DNA of 64,000 nt, taken from the NCBI GenBank assembly GCA_963667175.2, contig CAXXXF010000005.1, positions 22,431 through 86,430 on the forward strand, in the 5' to 3' direction. Below the pieces are notes generated by a model. The model did not search any database and was not told the origin of the DNA. It saw only the letters and a program-made list of their open reading frames with translations. The stretch comes from Candidatus Latescibacterota bacterium (GTDB lineage: Bacteria; Latescibacterota; UBA2968; GCA-2709665). The position numbers and the translations under genes are program-made. This document shows, in pieces, positions 50,303 to 59,538 of the stretch. The first letter of the stretch is position 1. Each line of letters opens with the position of its first letter.

Positions 50303-51532
50303 CTACTCTTCAATCCCGATATCGAGCCGTCCGCTGGCCTCCCTGAGCGCCGCTTCCACGGCAGCGGGTGTCTTCGCGCGTGCGAAGATGAACCCCAGGT
50401 AACGGTCTCCCTCCGGCAGCGGTTGTACGCGCTGACCCAAAGGAACCGTGACAGCGACGTCGGTGATTCCTCTCACGCGTCGTGACGCGGCCGTCCCCCG
50501 CACGTACTGCAGGACTCCCCGTTTCGGCGCCGGCAGCATCATAACGCCGGCTGCGTCGTCTTCCATTCGCAAATCGCCCGGAGGCAACCCGCTCGCCTGG
50601 CGCAGAATCAGTTCCTCGAGCGAGGCGCCGGCGCCAAAGCACAAAATGCGCGAACACAGCCCGCCGATGGACCGCGCGGCGATTTCCACCACGTAGATAC
50701 CGCGTCTGTTCAATCGAAGCTCCGCGTGCACCGGCCCCACGCTCAGCCCCAGGGCGCGTGCGGCCTGCTGTGTGGTCTCACGTATCTCCGCCTGGATGCA
50801 TTCGGCCAGCCGGGAGGGCGTGATATACAGCGTCTCGGCGAAATATGGACCGCGCAGGGGATCCGGCTTGTCGAACAACGCCAGGGTCTTCAACTCTCCC
50901 TCCACCAGCAATCCTTCCAACGCCACCTCCCGGCCGGGAATGTAGTCCTCCGCGAGAATACAATCTCCGCCTTCCGGTGTGTTGTGCGCAGACCCGGAAA
51001 TCATCGCTGCAATGCGGCGGTACGCCGCCACGAATTCCGCATCGTCATCCGCCCGAATCACCCCCCGGCTGGCGGAAAGAAACACGGGTTTCAGTACGCA
51101 TGGAAAGTCGACCGTCGCGACGGCGGACTCCGGGCCCTCTGAACACGAAAAAAGCCTGAACCCAGGCGAGGGCAGGCCTTTTTCCGCAAGCATGCGGCGC
51201 ATGATGTGTTTGTATCGGGATGCCCGGACGGACGCCACCGAGTTGTGCGGAAGTCCGAGCGCCCTGCAGGCCATCGCGGCGAGCACGACGGTCTCGTCGT
51301 CTACCCCGACCACCGTCCGGACCGGGTACTCCCTGTTAAAGGCGACAATCCTCTCGACCGACGCAGCCGGCCTTGCGAAATCCAGAACCAGCGTGCTCCC
51401 GGGTGTCTCAGCGGCGAGCGCCTGCCGGCGATCGGACCCCACGACCACGGCGACCTCGAGCGCATCCGCCGCCGCCATGAAATCATGCGTGCGATAGGTC
51501 GTTGTCGGAAGGAGGAGCAGAAGCCGGACCAT
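50303..51532 (-). CDS. ATP-grasp domain protein, convergent with the radical SAM gene
   Basis: FPCVLKPVFLSASRGVIRA, EDYIPGREVALEG, HAELR and EIAARSIGG motifs. Confidence 0.9.
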   Translation of the reverse strand: MVRLLLLLPTTTYRTHDFMAAADALEVAVVVGSDRRQALAAETPGSTLVLDFARPAASVERIVAFNREYPVRTVVGVDDETVVLAAMACRALGLPHNSVASVRASRYKHIMRRMLAEKGLPSPGFRLFSCSEGPESAVATVDFPCVLKPVFLSASRGVIRADDDAEFVAAYRRIAAMISGSAHNTPEGGDCILAEDYIPGREVALEGLLVEGELKTLALFDKPDPLRGPYFAETLYITPSRLAECIQAEIRETTQQAARALGLSVGPVHAELRLNRRGIYVVEIAARSIGGLCSRILCFGAGASLEELILRQASGLPPGDLRMEDDAAGVMMLPAPKRGVLQYVRGTAASRRVRGITDVAVTVPLGQRVQPLPEGDRYLGFIFARAKTPAAVEAALREASGRLDIGIEE

Positions 51533-51544
51533 GGCTGCCCCGGA

Positions 51545-51943
51545 CTATGCGCTCACATCGTCGTTGGAATCCGTCTCGGCGTCGGTTTGGGCTTTCCTGC
51601 GTTCTCTCTTCTCCTTGAACCCTTTTACCTTCGACAGAATGTCCGGCGCCAGATCCAGTAGCCCCTTTATAGAGCCTTCTTTCTCCTGAACGGGCAGGAT
51701 CTGGGCTTTTCCGTCTCGAATGACGACGAATGCCAGGGGTTCGACGGATGCCCCGCCTCCGGTGCCGCTCCCGCCACCGTCCGACTTGTCCGAACCCCCG
51801 CCCGCGCCGAATCCGAACGAAATCCTGGAGACAGGAACCACAACCGTGCCTCCCACGTCGATCGGCTCACCCACGACCGTCTCCGCGTTCACGATTTGTC
51901 GGAATTCCGTCATGACCGTTTTGATGAGATCCTCGACAGACAT
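51545..51943 (-). CDS. GerW/YtfJ-family protein
   Basis: TVVGEPI...VPVSRISFGFGAGGG...GGGASVEPLAFVVI. Confidence 0.9.
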   Translation of the reverse strand: MSVEDLIKTVMTEFRQIVNAETVVGEPIDVGGTVVVPVSRISFGFGAGGGSDKSDGGGSGTGGGASVEPLAFVVIRDGKAQILPVQEKEGSIKGLLDLAPDILSKVKGFKEKRERRKAQTDAETDSNDDVSA

Positions 51944-51952
51944 AATGCCTCC

Positions 51953-52633
51953 TTAACAGCCCGTTGACAAAGTCCATCCTCGGCTGCGCCGTTCGGAGAA
52001 CCATGCAAGCCCCGCCCGCCACCCGATACCGACAAACGCACACAGTAGGCGATGGGGATAAATCCAGAATTCCACTTCGGCTTCTCCATCCAGACGCCGC
52101 CTCGTGAAGTCGGGCGTTACATCTACGAATCCCCTGGCCCCAATGAGGGACGAGGCCGCCATTCCATATCCGAAAACCTGCCCCGTGGTGGCCGGGTCGG
52201 ATGCGCCGAAAACGACCTTGCACGTGATGCGGCGCAGACGAAACCCGTTCAGGAGGCGAAACGCAGACCGTCGCAAAGGCGCCCACTGTTTTTTTATATA
52301 GAAACCGGCCCTCGCCATCCGTTCGACCATGGCCGGCAAGCCTTCCGGATCGTCCGGCTCCTTCCCGCCGCGTTTCCCGCCGCTTCGTTTCTTCTTTTGA
52401 CCCTCTTCCTTCGTCAAAGACGATGCCCCCACGGCCCACCAACCCAGAAGCGCGCCGGCGCGCCAACCGCCGTCAGCGTAGAAAAGCCGGAAACCGGCGA
52501 AACCAATCCACGGTCTCAAACGTATTTCCAGCGCCGGTCCCCGCCCGCCGCCATTGTGGCCGCGCGCCCGGAGACGGAACGGCGGCAGAACGATCATGGC
52601 GAGCGCAAGCAGCAGTAAACAGAGTATCGCCAT
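51953..52633 (-). CDS. DUF2953-like (YtfI-type) membrane-anchored protein
   Basis: N-terminal TM helix, GASDPATTGQVFG motif, PDF; sits upstream of the YtfJ gene as usual. Confidence 0.75.
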   Translation of the reverse strand: MAILCLLLLALAMIVLPPFRLRARGHNGGGRGPALEIRLRPWIGFAGFRLFYADGGWRAGALLGWWAVGASSLTKEEGQKKKRSGGKRGGKEPDDPEGLPAMVERMARAGFYIKKQWAPLRRSAFRLLNGFRLRRITCKVVFGASDPATTGQVFGYGMAASSLIGARGFVDVTPDFTRRRLDGEAEVEFWIYPHRLLCAFVGIGWRAGLAWFSERRSRGWTLSTGC

Positions 52634-52837
52634 TTGACCAACTCCTTATAACTGTTTCACTTACGGACAATATGTACAATGCCCACCGAAAGTCAAGCGA
52701 TTTATCTGTTGATCGGGCCTTCACAAAGGATATATTAGTAGACGCGGGTTCGACGTCCACGTGCGGAGGTTCTTCCTCTCCGTATTCAACGGAGTTGACT
52801 CGTATTCGGCAGGAGCGCTCATGAACAAAGAGTGGCG

Positions 52838-54667
52838 ATGGACCCGATAAGGCAAATCCAGGTCTGGGTCGATGAGGGCAGGCTTTCCAATGCCGTGGGA
52901 AAGAACGTCTCGCGCTGGCTCAGCGATCCCGGGTACGCCGCGTCGGTCGAGGAAATCAGAACCCTGATTCGGGCGGAAGACCTGGACGAACTGGAAGACG
53001 CATTTCGCGTCCGGATCGAATTCGGCACCGGCGGCATACGCGGCGCGATGGGACCGGGCCCGAACCGCATCAACCCGCGAACCGTCGGCGAAACCGCGCA
53101 GGGCATCGCGCAATACCTCCTCAAATCCGGCGCCGACGCTCCGCGGCGCGGCGCAGTCATCGCATTTGACACCCGCAACAATTCAAAGCGTTTCGCCGGC
53201 GAGGTGGCGGCCATTCTTGCCGGAAACGGGATCCGCGCCAGAATCTTCGAGTCCTGCCGGTCTTCCCCCCAACTCTCCTTCGCGGTCCGGCTGACCAACG
53301 CGGTCGCCGGCGTGGTGATCAGCGCCAGCCACAACCCGCCTGGCGACAACGGAATCAAGGTGTACTGGTCCGACGGCGGCCAGATCGTACCGCCTCACGA
53401 CAGAAATATCACCGCGGAAGTCAACTCGGTACGCACGATAGAAAGACTCGACTTCGACCGGGCGGTCGAACAGGGTCTCATCGAAACACTCGACCGCACC
53501 GTCGACACCCGCTACCATCGTGAGTTGGCCAACCTTTCCCTGGGATCGGAACGGAACGTCCGGGTTGTCTACACGCCACTCCACGGCGTGGGGGCGACGT
53601 CGATATTGCCGGCACTCGAAGTCCTCGGCTACGGGGACCTGCACGTCGTGCCCTCGCAGGCGCAACCCGACGGCAACTTCCCGACAGTCCTTAAAGGCGT
53701 CGCCAACCCGGAAGATCCCAGTGCCCTCGCTCTGGCCGTCCAAAAAGCCGCCGAGACCAACGCCGATCTGGTGATCGCGAGCGACCCGGATGCCGACCGG
53801 CTCGGTTGCGCCGTTCCGGATTCCCGGTCCGGTTGGGGCGCGCCTCTCGAGGAGCTTGCGCTCAATGGCAATCAGATTGGCGTTGTTCTCTGCCACTACC
53901 TCCTGCAGGCGAAAAAGAACCGCCGGGAACTGCCGGCGGACGGGGTTGTCGCAAAGACAATCGTCACAACGGATCTGACGTCGATCATCGCACGCGCCTT
54001 CGGCGCCAGGGTGGTGGACGACCTGCTGGTCGGCTTCAAATACATCGGCCGGATCATCGCCGATCTACCGCCCGGTTCCGAATTCCTGTTCGGCGCCGAA
54101 GAAAGCCACGGCTATCTGGCCGGATCGTTCACCAGAGACAAGGACGCGGCCGCTGCCGCCGTCCTCCTGTGCGAATGCGCCGCGGACCTCAAAACCCGTG
54201 GGCGCACATTGCGGGAATACCTGGACGATATCTATGAGGAATACGGCTACTTCAGGGAGATCCAGCGGCCCGTGTCCAGGATCGGCGCGCAGGGGAGCCG
54301 GGACATCGTCTGCATTATGGAATCCCTGCGGAATCGTCCACCGCGAGAAATCGGCGGCCGTGACGTCGTGGAGATCTTCGACAGGAGGGAAGGACTGGCG
54401 ATGGACCCGCACACGGGAACCACCCGGACGATCGGAGGCGCAACGGGCGACGTCATCGCCTTCACTTTCACCTCGGCCGGCCACACGCGCGTGACCGCAA
54501 GACCGTCGGGGACCGAACCCAAGATCAAATACTACGTCTCCGCCGCATCGGTGGACCATCCCCGCCTGCGCGGGCCCGGCCTGCGGGAGACGAAAGCCGC
54601 GATCGACCGGCTTGCAGCGCAAATTCTGGAAGGTATGGTGGACGAGGCTGAATCGCGCATCGCCTAG
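52838..54667 (+). CDS. Phosphoglucomutase/phosphomannomutase
   Basis: FGTGGIRG, SASHNP, DPDADR, EESHG and RPSGTEPKIK motifs. Confidence 0.95.
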   Translation: MDPIRQIQVWVDEGRLSNAVGKNVSRWLSDPGYAASVEEIRTLIRAEDLDELEDAFRVRIEFGTGGIRGAMGPGPNRINPRTVGETAQGIAQYLLKSGADAPRRGAVIAFDTRNNSKRFAGEVAAILAGNGIRARIFESCRSSPQLSFAVRLTNAVAGVVISASHNPPGDNGIKVYWSDGGQIVPPHDRNITAEVNSVRTIERLDFDRAVEQGLIETLDRTVDTRYHRELANLSLGSERNVRVVYTPLHGVGATSILPALEVLGYGDLHVVPSQAQPDGNFPTVLKGVANPEDPSALALAVQKAAETNADLVIASDPDADRLGCAVPDSRSGWGAPLEELALNGNQIGVVLCHYLLQAKKNRRELPADGVVAKTIVTTDLTSIIARAFGARVVDDLLVGFKYIGRIIADLPPGSEFLFGAEESHGYLAGSFTRDKDAAAAAVLLCECAADLKTRGRTLREYLDDIYEEYGYFREIQRPVSRIGAQGSRDIVCIMESLRNRPPREIGGRDVVEIFDRREGLAMDPHTGTTRTIGGATGDVIAFTFTSAGHTRVTARPSGTEPKIKYYVSAASVDHPRLRGPGLRETKAAIDRLAAQILEGMVDEAESRIA

Positions 54668-55731
54668 AATATATCGCTCCACCAGTAGAAGGGTCCTTCG
54701 CACTTCGGCAGCGATGCCATCCATCCCGCCAGCGACCCATCCATGATTTCCACGTCCTGACCGTACAACGCGCGCCAGAACGCCCCCTCGTCCACCGGCG
54801 GGAAACCCCACGGCGGATCCGCGTTCAACCTGTCGCTGATTGTGCGCCAGTTGATCCCCTTCAACATCATTTCATCGTGGCTGTTCCACCTTGCTGCGGA
54901 TCCACAGACCCGTTCGAACGCGCGCACCAATCCGTGGCCCGCGGGGAGACTGCCCTCTACCCGCGTCGCTCCGCGCCGGCGGGCGCACCGGCAGATCCAC
55001 GCTGCCAGGTCGTCGAATGCATCTTCGTGTGCCGGCTTAATGCATCCTTCTTTCACCCAGATCCGATCGGCGGACGCGTCGAAGGTCGCGTAGCCCCGCA
55101 ACTCCGAATCCTGCGACACGCCCCACGATGGGAAAACGCCCCGCAGCCTCGAGGGCCCGGCGCTCCAGTACTCTCTCGGTCTTGACTCGGGGCCAGTCAG
55201 GCAACCGGAACATTGTGCGTAGATTGCCATCACGGCATCCAGATCCCGGTCCGCGTGCAGGGCACGCACACGGGTTGGCAGACGTTCGCCGGGCGCCGAC
55301 TTCATGTAGACACAAAACGTCGGCAGCGGGACGGACGTCCAGCCCAGGGCTTCGTAAAACGGTGTGCCGATAATCGAGAAGAGGAGTCCCACGTCGTACC
55401 CGGCGCAAAGCAGATATTCCTCGGTATTCCGCATCAGCGCGCGCGCGTATCCCCTGCCCCGGAAATCGGGGTGGGTCAGCACGCTGCCGATGCCTCCGGC
55501 TCGAAACAAGGCGCCCCGCACGCGGATTTTTCGATCCCAGACCCGCAGATGCGCCACGATTCGCCCGCCTTCGAGGAGAACGCGCGACTGCTCGGGACGG
55601 TAGCTCGGATCGTCCCGTACGTACGACCGGTACCGATCGAGCGCTCCTTCCCCCTCGTCCGGCCGGAAGACCAGCCGCTGCAGTTCGAGCGTCTCCTCGA
55701 TTTCGTCCTCGCGGACGGCCCGGATTTCCAT
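54664..55731 (-). CDS. GNAT acetyltransferase (Eis-like)
   Basis: GGIGSVLTHPDFRGRGYA and FYEALGW motifs. Confidence 0.85.
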   Translation of the reverse strand: MEIRAVREDEIEETLELQRLVFRPDEGEGALDRYRSYVRDDPSYRPEQSRVLLEGGRIVAHLRVWDRKIRVRGALFRAGGIGSVLTHPDFRGRGYARALMRNTEEYLLCAGYDVGLLFSIIGTPFYEALGWTSVPLPTFCVYMKSAPGERLPTRVRALHADRDLDAVMAIYAQCSGCLTGPESRPREYWSAGPSRLRGVFPSWGVSQDSELRGYATFDASADRIWVKEGCIKPAHEDAFDDLAAWICRCARRRGATRVEGSLPAGHGLVRAFERVCGSAARWNSHDEMMLKGINWRTISDRLNADPPWGFPPVDEGAFWRALYGQDVEIMDGSLAGWMASLPKCEGPFYWWSDIF

Positions 55732-55799
55732 CGTCGCCCCAAATTACGGGCCCTGTGGGCGTGCTACCATTCCGCAGGGCGAACCATTGACAACTCGTG

Positions 55800-56573
55800 T
55801 CAAACGGGCGCCAGCCAGCCGCCGTCCACCGGCAACGCCACTCCCGTGATCCACTCCGCGTCCGAGGACGCAAGGAAGACGCACGCCCGGCCGATGTCCC
55901 TGGGCAGTCCGAATCGGGGAAGCGGCGTCTTTTCCAGCGCATCCCGGATCTGTTCCTCCGTCAGATAGTCCTGGATGGCGGTCTCGATGTAGCCCGGACA
56001 GACTGCGTTCACCGTGACGCCGTCGGGAGCCACTTCCATCGCCAGGTCGCGCGTCAGATTGACCACACCGGCCTTGGCCGGCGCGTACGCGGGACCCCCG
56101 CCCCCACCAAACGAATGCACCGACGCGACGTTGATGATCCTCCCGGCCTTGGATCGCTTCAGGTGCGGGATCGCTGCGCTCGACGCAACGAAGACGCCGC
56201 GGATATTGACGCCCATCACACGGTCCCACGCCTCCATCGTCAGCGTCTGGCTGTCCCCGGGAATATGGATGCCGGCATTGTTCACCAGAATGTCCAGTCC
56301 GCCGTAGACGCCGACCGTCTCGTCCACCAGAGCCCGGACCGCGGCGGCGTCGCCCACGTCGGTCTCGACGAAAACCCCGTCGCCTCCAAGTTTCCGTATC
56401 TCTTCAACGGTGGGGGTCCGAACCTCCTGCTCGTGATATTTGCCCTGCTTCGGCGCTTCACGAACGTCTGCCACCGCGACCGCCGCACCCTCTCTTGCGA
56501 ATTCCAGGGCGACACCCCGGCCGATTCCCGAACTCCCACCCGTCACGATGGCCACGCGGTTTTTCAGCACCAT
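55800..56573 (-). CDS. SDR-family NAD(P)-dependent oxidoreductase
   Basis: TGGSSGIG, NNAG, YAPAK and VNAVCPG motifs. Confidence 0.95.
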   Translation of the reverse strand: MVLKNRVAIVTGGSSGIGRGVALEFAREGAAVAVADVREAPKQGKYHEQEVRTPTVEEIRKLGGDGVFVETDVGDAAAVRALVDETVGVYGGLDILVNNAGIHIPGDSQTLTMEAWDRVMGVNIRGVFVASSAAIPHLKRSKAGRIINVASVHSFGGGGGPAYAPAKAGVVNLTRDLAMEVAPDGVTVNAVCPGYIETAIQDYLTEEQIRDALEKTPLPRFGLPRDIGRACVFLASSDAEWITGVALPVDGGWLAPV

Positions 56574-56685
56574 GATGGACCTCCATTCCTGACGTTGCGC
56601 CGGCGGTGATTAACCAAAACACTTGCGACTTGACGCCGGACCGCTTCCGCCGATACGCCACGTTCGCCTTCCGATTCTCCCACAA

Positions 56686-58188
56686 TCAGCCCGACACCCA
56701 GATGGGGCTGGCCCAGGCCCACTGGTTGTTCTCCTGCGCCACGCGGACGTAATAGAAGTCGGTCTCGCGCTCGGGCCCGGCGTCTTCAAACGCCACCGCC
56801 GCCTGCAGCTGGCGCTCGGGTACCGCACGGTGCACGAGCATCGCCTCCGAGCGCCATCCCCGAATGAACTCGCTCCTGGAACCCGTGACGAGGTCGGACA
56901 CCAGGTACCGATAGGCCGCGCCGTTGACGGTGAATTCCAGAGCGGCGGACCGCGGCGCGTCCATTTCCAGGATCAGCGCGTTCGTCCCCCGAAGGTACGG
57001 ATGCGCATTGCCGCGCGTATGCGAAAACCACGCCACGTGCCGTTCATCCTTCGCCAAAATGCCGTGAACGGGTTCCTCGCCGGTTGCCGATACCGCGCCG
57101 TCCGCCGAAGGCGCCAGCACGGGGTCGCCCGTGAAGCAGGGTTCCACGGAAAGAAGCCGTCCGTCGGAGAGCCGCACCTTCGCGTCCCAGCGCACCCATT
57201 CGTCTTTGTCACCCCATCCCCATTCCACCCGCACCTTCGCCCGGACGGGATCGGGCGGCGCCACCGAGGGCGCGGGTCCGAACACCCGCTTCAGCGGCCG
57301 GTTGTTCTTGACGACCTCTATCCGGTCCAGTGCGTCGGCGCCGCTGGCGGACACCCTGATTTCCCGGGCGCCGGTACCGGTCGTTTCCTCCCCCATATTC
57401 GCATCGTTTATGGCAAAGCACAGCCCGATGCGATCCCCCGTTACCGCGTAACATCGTCTGGCGCGAATCGCGTCCCAGACGGCTTCGCGAGTGAGTTCCG
57501 TCGCATACACGCCGGTTCTTCCCTCGCCGTAATGTCCGGGATACCCTCCGTGATGGTCCGTGCCACCCAGAAATCCGAACTTATGCCCGAGCGCAAGTCC
57601 GTACGCGACCGTGCCCCGGTACTGTCTGGGACCCATGGTATGATACATGGGGTAAGGGCCGCCGTCCCGCTCCGAGCCCCCGTGGCCGGACAGTATTTCG
57701 ACGGCCGGAGACCGGCGCGCGTCGAAATGCGACCAGTTTATTCCTCTGAAGCCTTTACCGTAACCTATATGGTGGGGGTGGATCATGACGTCCTGTCCCG
57801 CAAACGCCTCGTCCAGTTCCTCCAGGCTGTCCCGTTCGACGATACCGCCGCGGTCGTCCGGGTAGTAGACGTTATGGTCGCCGTACGCGCACGAATGCCA
57901 CTCGTAGCCGAGAAACGTGACGAACCGTCCCGGCCGGTTGTACTTTGCAACCGTCTCCCGCACCATTTTCCAATTGCGTTTCAGCCGTGCGAATCCCTCC
58001 CTGTGATAGTCGATCACGTAACCGTGCCGCTTTCGATCCGTCGGCATGTCGTGCCACGTTGCATGCCCCACCACCGAACAGAAATCCAGATGCTCGCTCG
58101 CCAGTCTGAACGCCCTTTCCAGACTGCCGTAGCCATAGCTGACGGCACAATGCGCGTGCAGGTCTCCCCAGAACAGCGAATGGTTCAT
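56686..58188 (-). CDS. DUF3604/PHP-like putative metallohydrolase
   Basis: WGDLHAH, FLGYEW, IHPHH, GGTDHH and a C-terminal WASPIW. Confidence 0.75.
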   Translation of the reverse strand: MNHSLFWGDLHAHCAVSYGYGSLERAFRLASEHLDFCSVVGHATWHDMPTDRKRHGYVIDYHREGFARLKRNWKMVRETVAKYNRPGRFVTFLGYEWHSCAYGDHNVYYPDDRGGIVERDSLEELDEAFAGQDVMIHPHHIGYGKGFRGINWSHFDARRSPAVEILSGHGGSERDGGPYPMYHTMGPRQYRGTVAYGLALGHKFGFLGGTDHHGGYPGHYGEGRTGVYATELTREAVWDAIRARRCYAVTGDRIGLCFAINDANMGEETTGTGAREIRVSASGADALDRIEVVKNNRPLKRVFGPAPSVAPPDPVRAKVRVEWGWGDKDEWVRWDAKVRLSDGRLLSVEPCFTGDPVLAPSADGAVSATGEEPVHGILAKDERHVAWFSHTRGNAHPYLRGTNALILEMDAPRSAALEFTVNGAAYRYLVSDLVTGSRSEFIRGWRSEAMLVHRAVPERQLQAAVAFEDAGPERETDFYYVRVAQENNQWAWASPIWVSG

Positions 58189-58195
58189 CGTTCAC

Positions 58196-59407
58196 TCACC
58201 CGCGGTGTGACGTCGTCTCAAGCACCTCGGCAATCGATTCGCACAGGTAGTCCACATTCGCCTCGGTAATGCCCGCCACGTTGATCCGCCCTGAACCCAC
58301 CATGTAAATCGAATAGTCTTCCCGGAGCGCGTCCACCTGTTCGGCATTCAGCCCCGAAAACGAGAACATTCCCCGCTGCCTGGCGATGAAGGAAAAATCG
58401 CGCCGTACCCCCTTCCGTTCGAGGGTGTCCACAAACAACGACCGCATCCGGTTGATCCGGTTCCGCATCTGCTTCACCTCGCCTTCCCACTGGCTGCGAA
58501 GGCCGGAATCGCTGAGTACTTCGGTCACAATGGCCGCGCCGTGCGCCGGCGGATTCGAATAGTTGGCCCGGATGCAGATCATCACCTGGCTCATCAACGC
58601 GAGGGCCGCATCGGAAGACGACGCCACCAGCGTCAGCGCCCCCACGCGCTCGTTGTAAAGGCCGAAGTTCTTCGAGTACGAGCTGGAGACCATCAACTCG
58701 GCGCCCGGGCGGCAGAGCGACCTCAATCCCGCGCTGTCCCGCTCGATCCCGTCCCCCAGCCCCTGATAAGCGATATCCACAAGCGGTATCCAGCCGCGCG
58801 CGCCGGCCACGTCGGCGATCTGCGCCCACTGTTTCGGGGTGGGATCGATACCCGTCGGGTTGTGACAACATCCGTGCAACAGTACGACGTCTCCCGCGGG
58901 AATCCCGCTCAGGGCGTCCAGCATGGCGGCGAAATCCAGACCGTTCGCCGCCTTGTCGAAATAGGGATACGTCGCCACCGCCACACCCGCGTGACGGTAG
59001 ACGTTGGGATGATTCGCCCAGGTCGGGTCGCTCAACCAGATCCTTGCACGCGGATACAGCTTGCGGACGAAATCACCGGCAATCCGAAGCCCCCCGGTCC
59101 CGCCCGGGGCATGGACGGTCGCCGCCCGCTTCCCGGAGACGATTTCGTGATCCGGGCCGAACAAGAGTGCCTGTACTGCCGACGCATATTCGGGCGCACC
59201 GGAAATATCCAGGTAATCCTTCGTGGTCTGTCGATCAAGGATCCGGGTTTCCGCACGCTGTACCGAGTCGAAGACGGGGGTGTTGCCGTCGCCGTCCTTA
59301 TAGACACCGACGCCGAGGTTGATTCGATTGGGGTTGGTGTCTTCTTTATATGCGGCAGTCAGACCCAGAATCGGATCCGCGGGCGCCATTTCCAGCGTTT
59401 CGAACAT
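58196..59407 (-). CDS. aspC: Aspartate/aromatic aminotransferase
   Basis: DPILGL, NLGVGVY, HGCCHNPTG, SKNFGLYNERVG and GRINVAG motifs. Confidence 0.93.
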   Translation of the reverse strand: MFETLEMAPADPILGLTAAYKEDTNPNRINLGVGVYKDGDGNTPVFDSVQRAETRILDRQTTKDYLDISGAPEYASAVQALLFGPDHEIVSGKRAATVHAPGGTGGLRIAGDFVRKLYPRARIWLSDPTWANHPNVYRHAGVAVATYPYFDKAANGLDFAAMLDALSGIPAGDVVLLHGCCHNPTGIDPTPKQWAQIADVAGARGWIPLVDIAYQGLGDGIERDSAGLRSLCRPGAELMVSSSYSKNFGLYNERVGALTLVASSSDAALALMSQVMICIRANYSNPPAHGAAIVTEVLSDSGLRSQWEGEVKQMRNRINRMRSLFVDTLERKGVRRDFSFIARQRGMFSFSGLNAEQVDALREDYSIYMVGSGRINVAGITEANVDYLCESIAEVLETTSHRG

Positions 59408-59538
59408 CTTGTTTCCTTTCCGGGTTATGACTGTCCGGGTGAATGAAAAACCGATCTTGCCTCAAAGACAGATAATGAGTTGCATTGACTCTCGCCGAGG
59501 CGTAAACCCGGGCAGGAACCCTGATTCGCGCCAAACGC

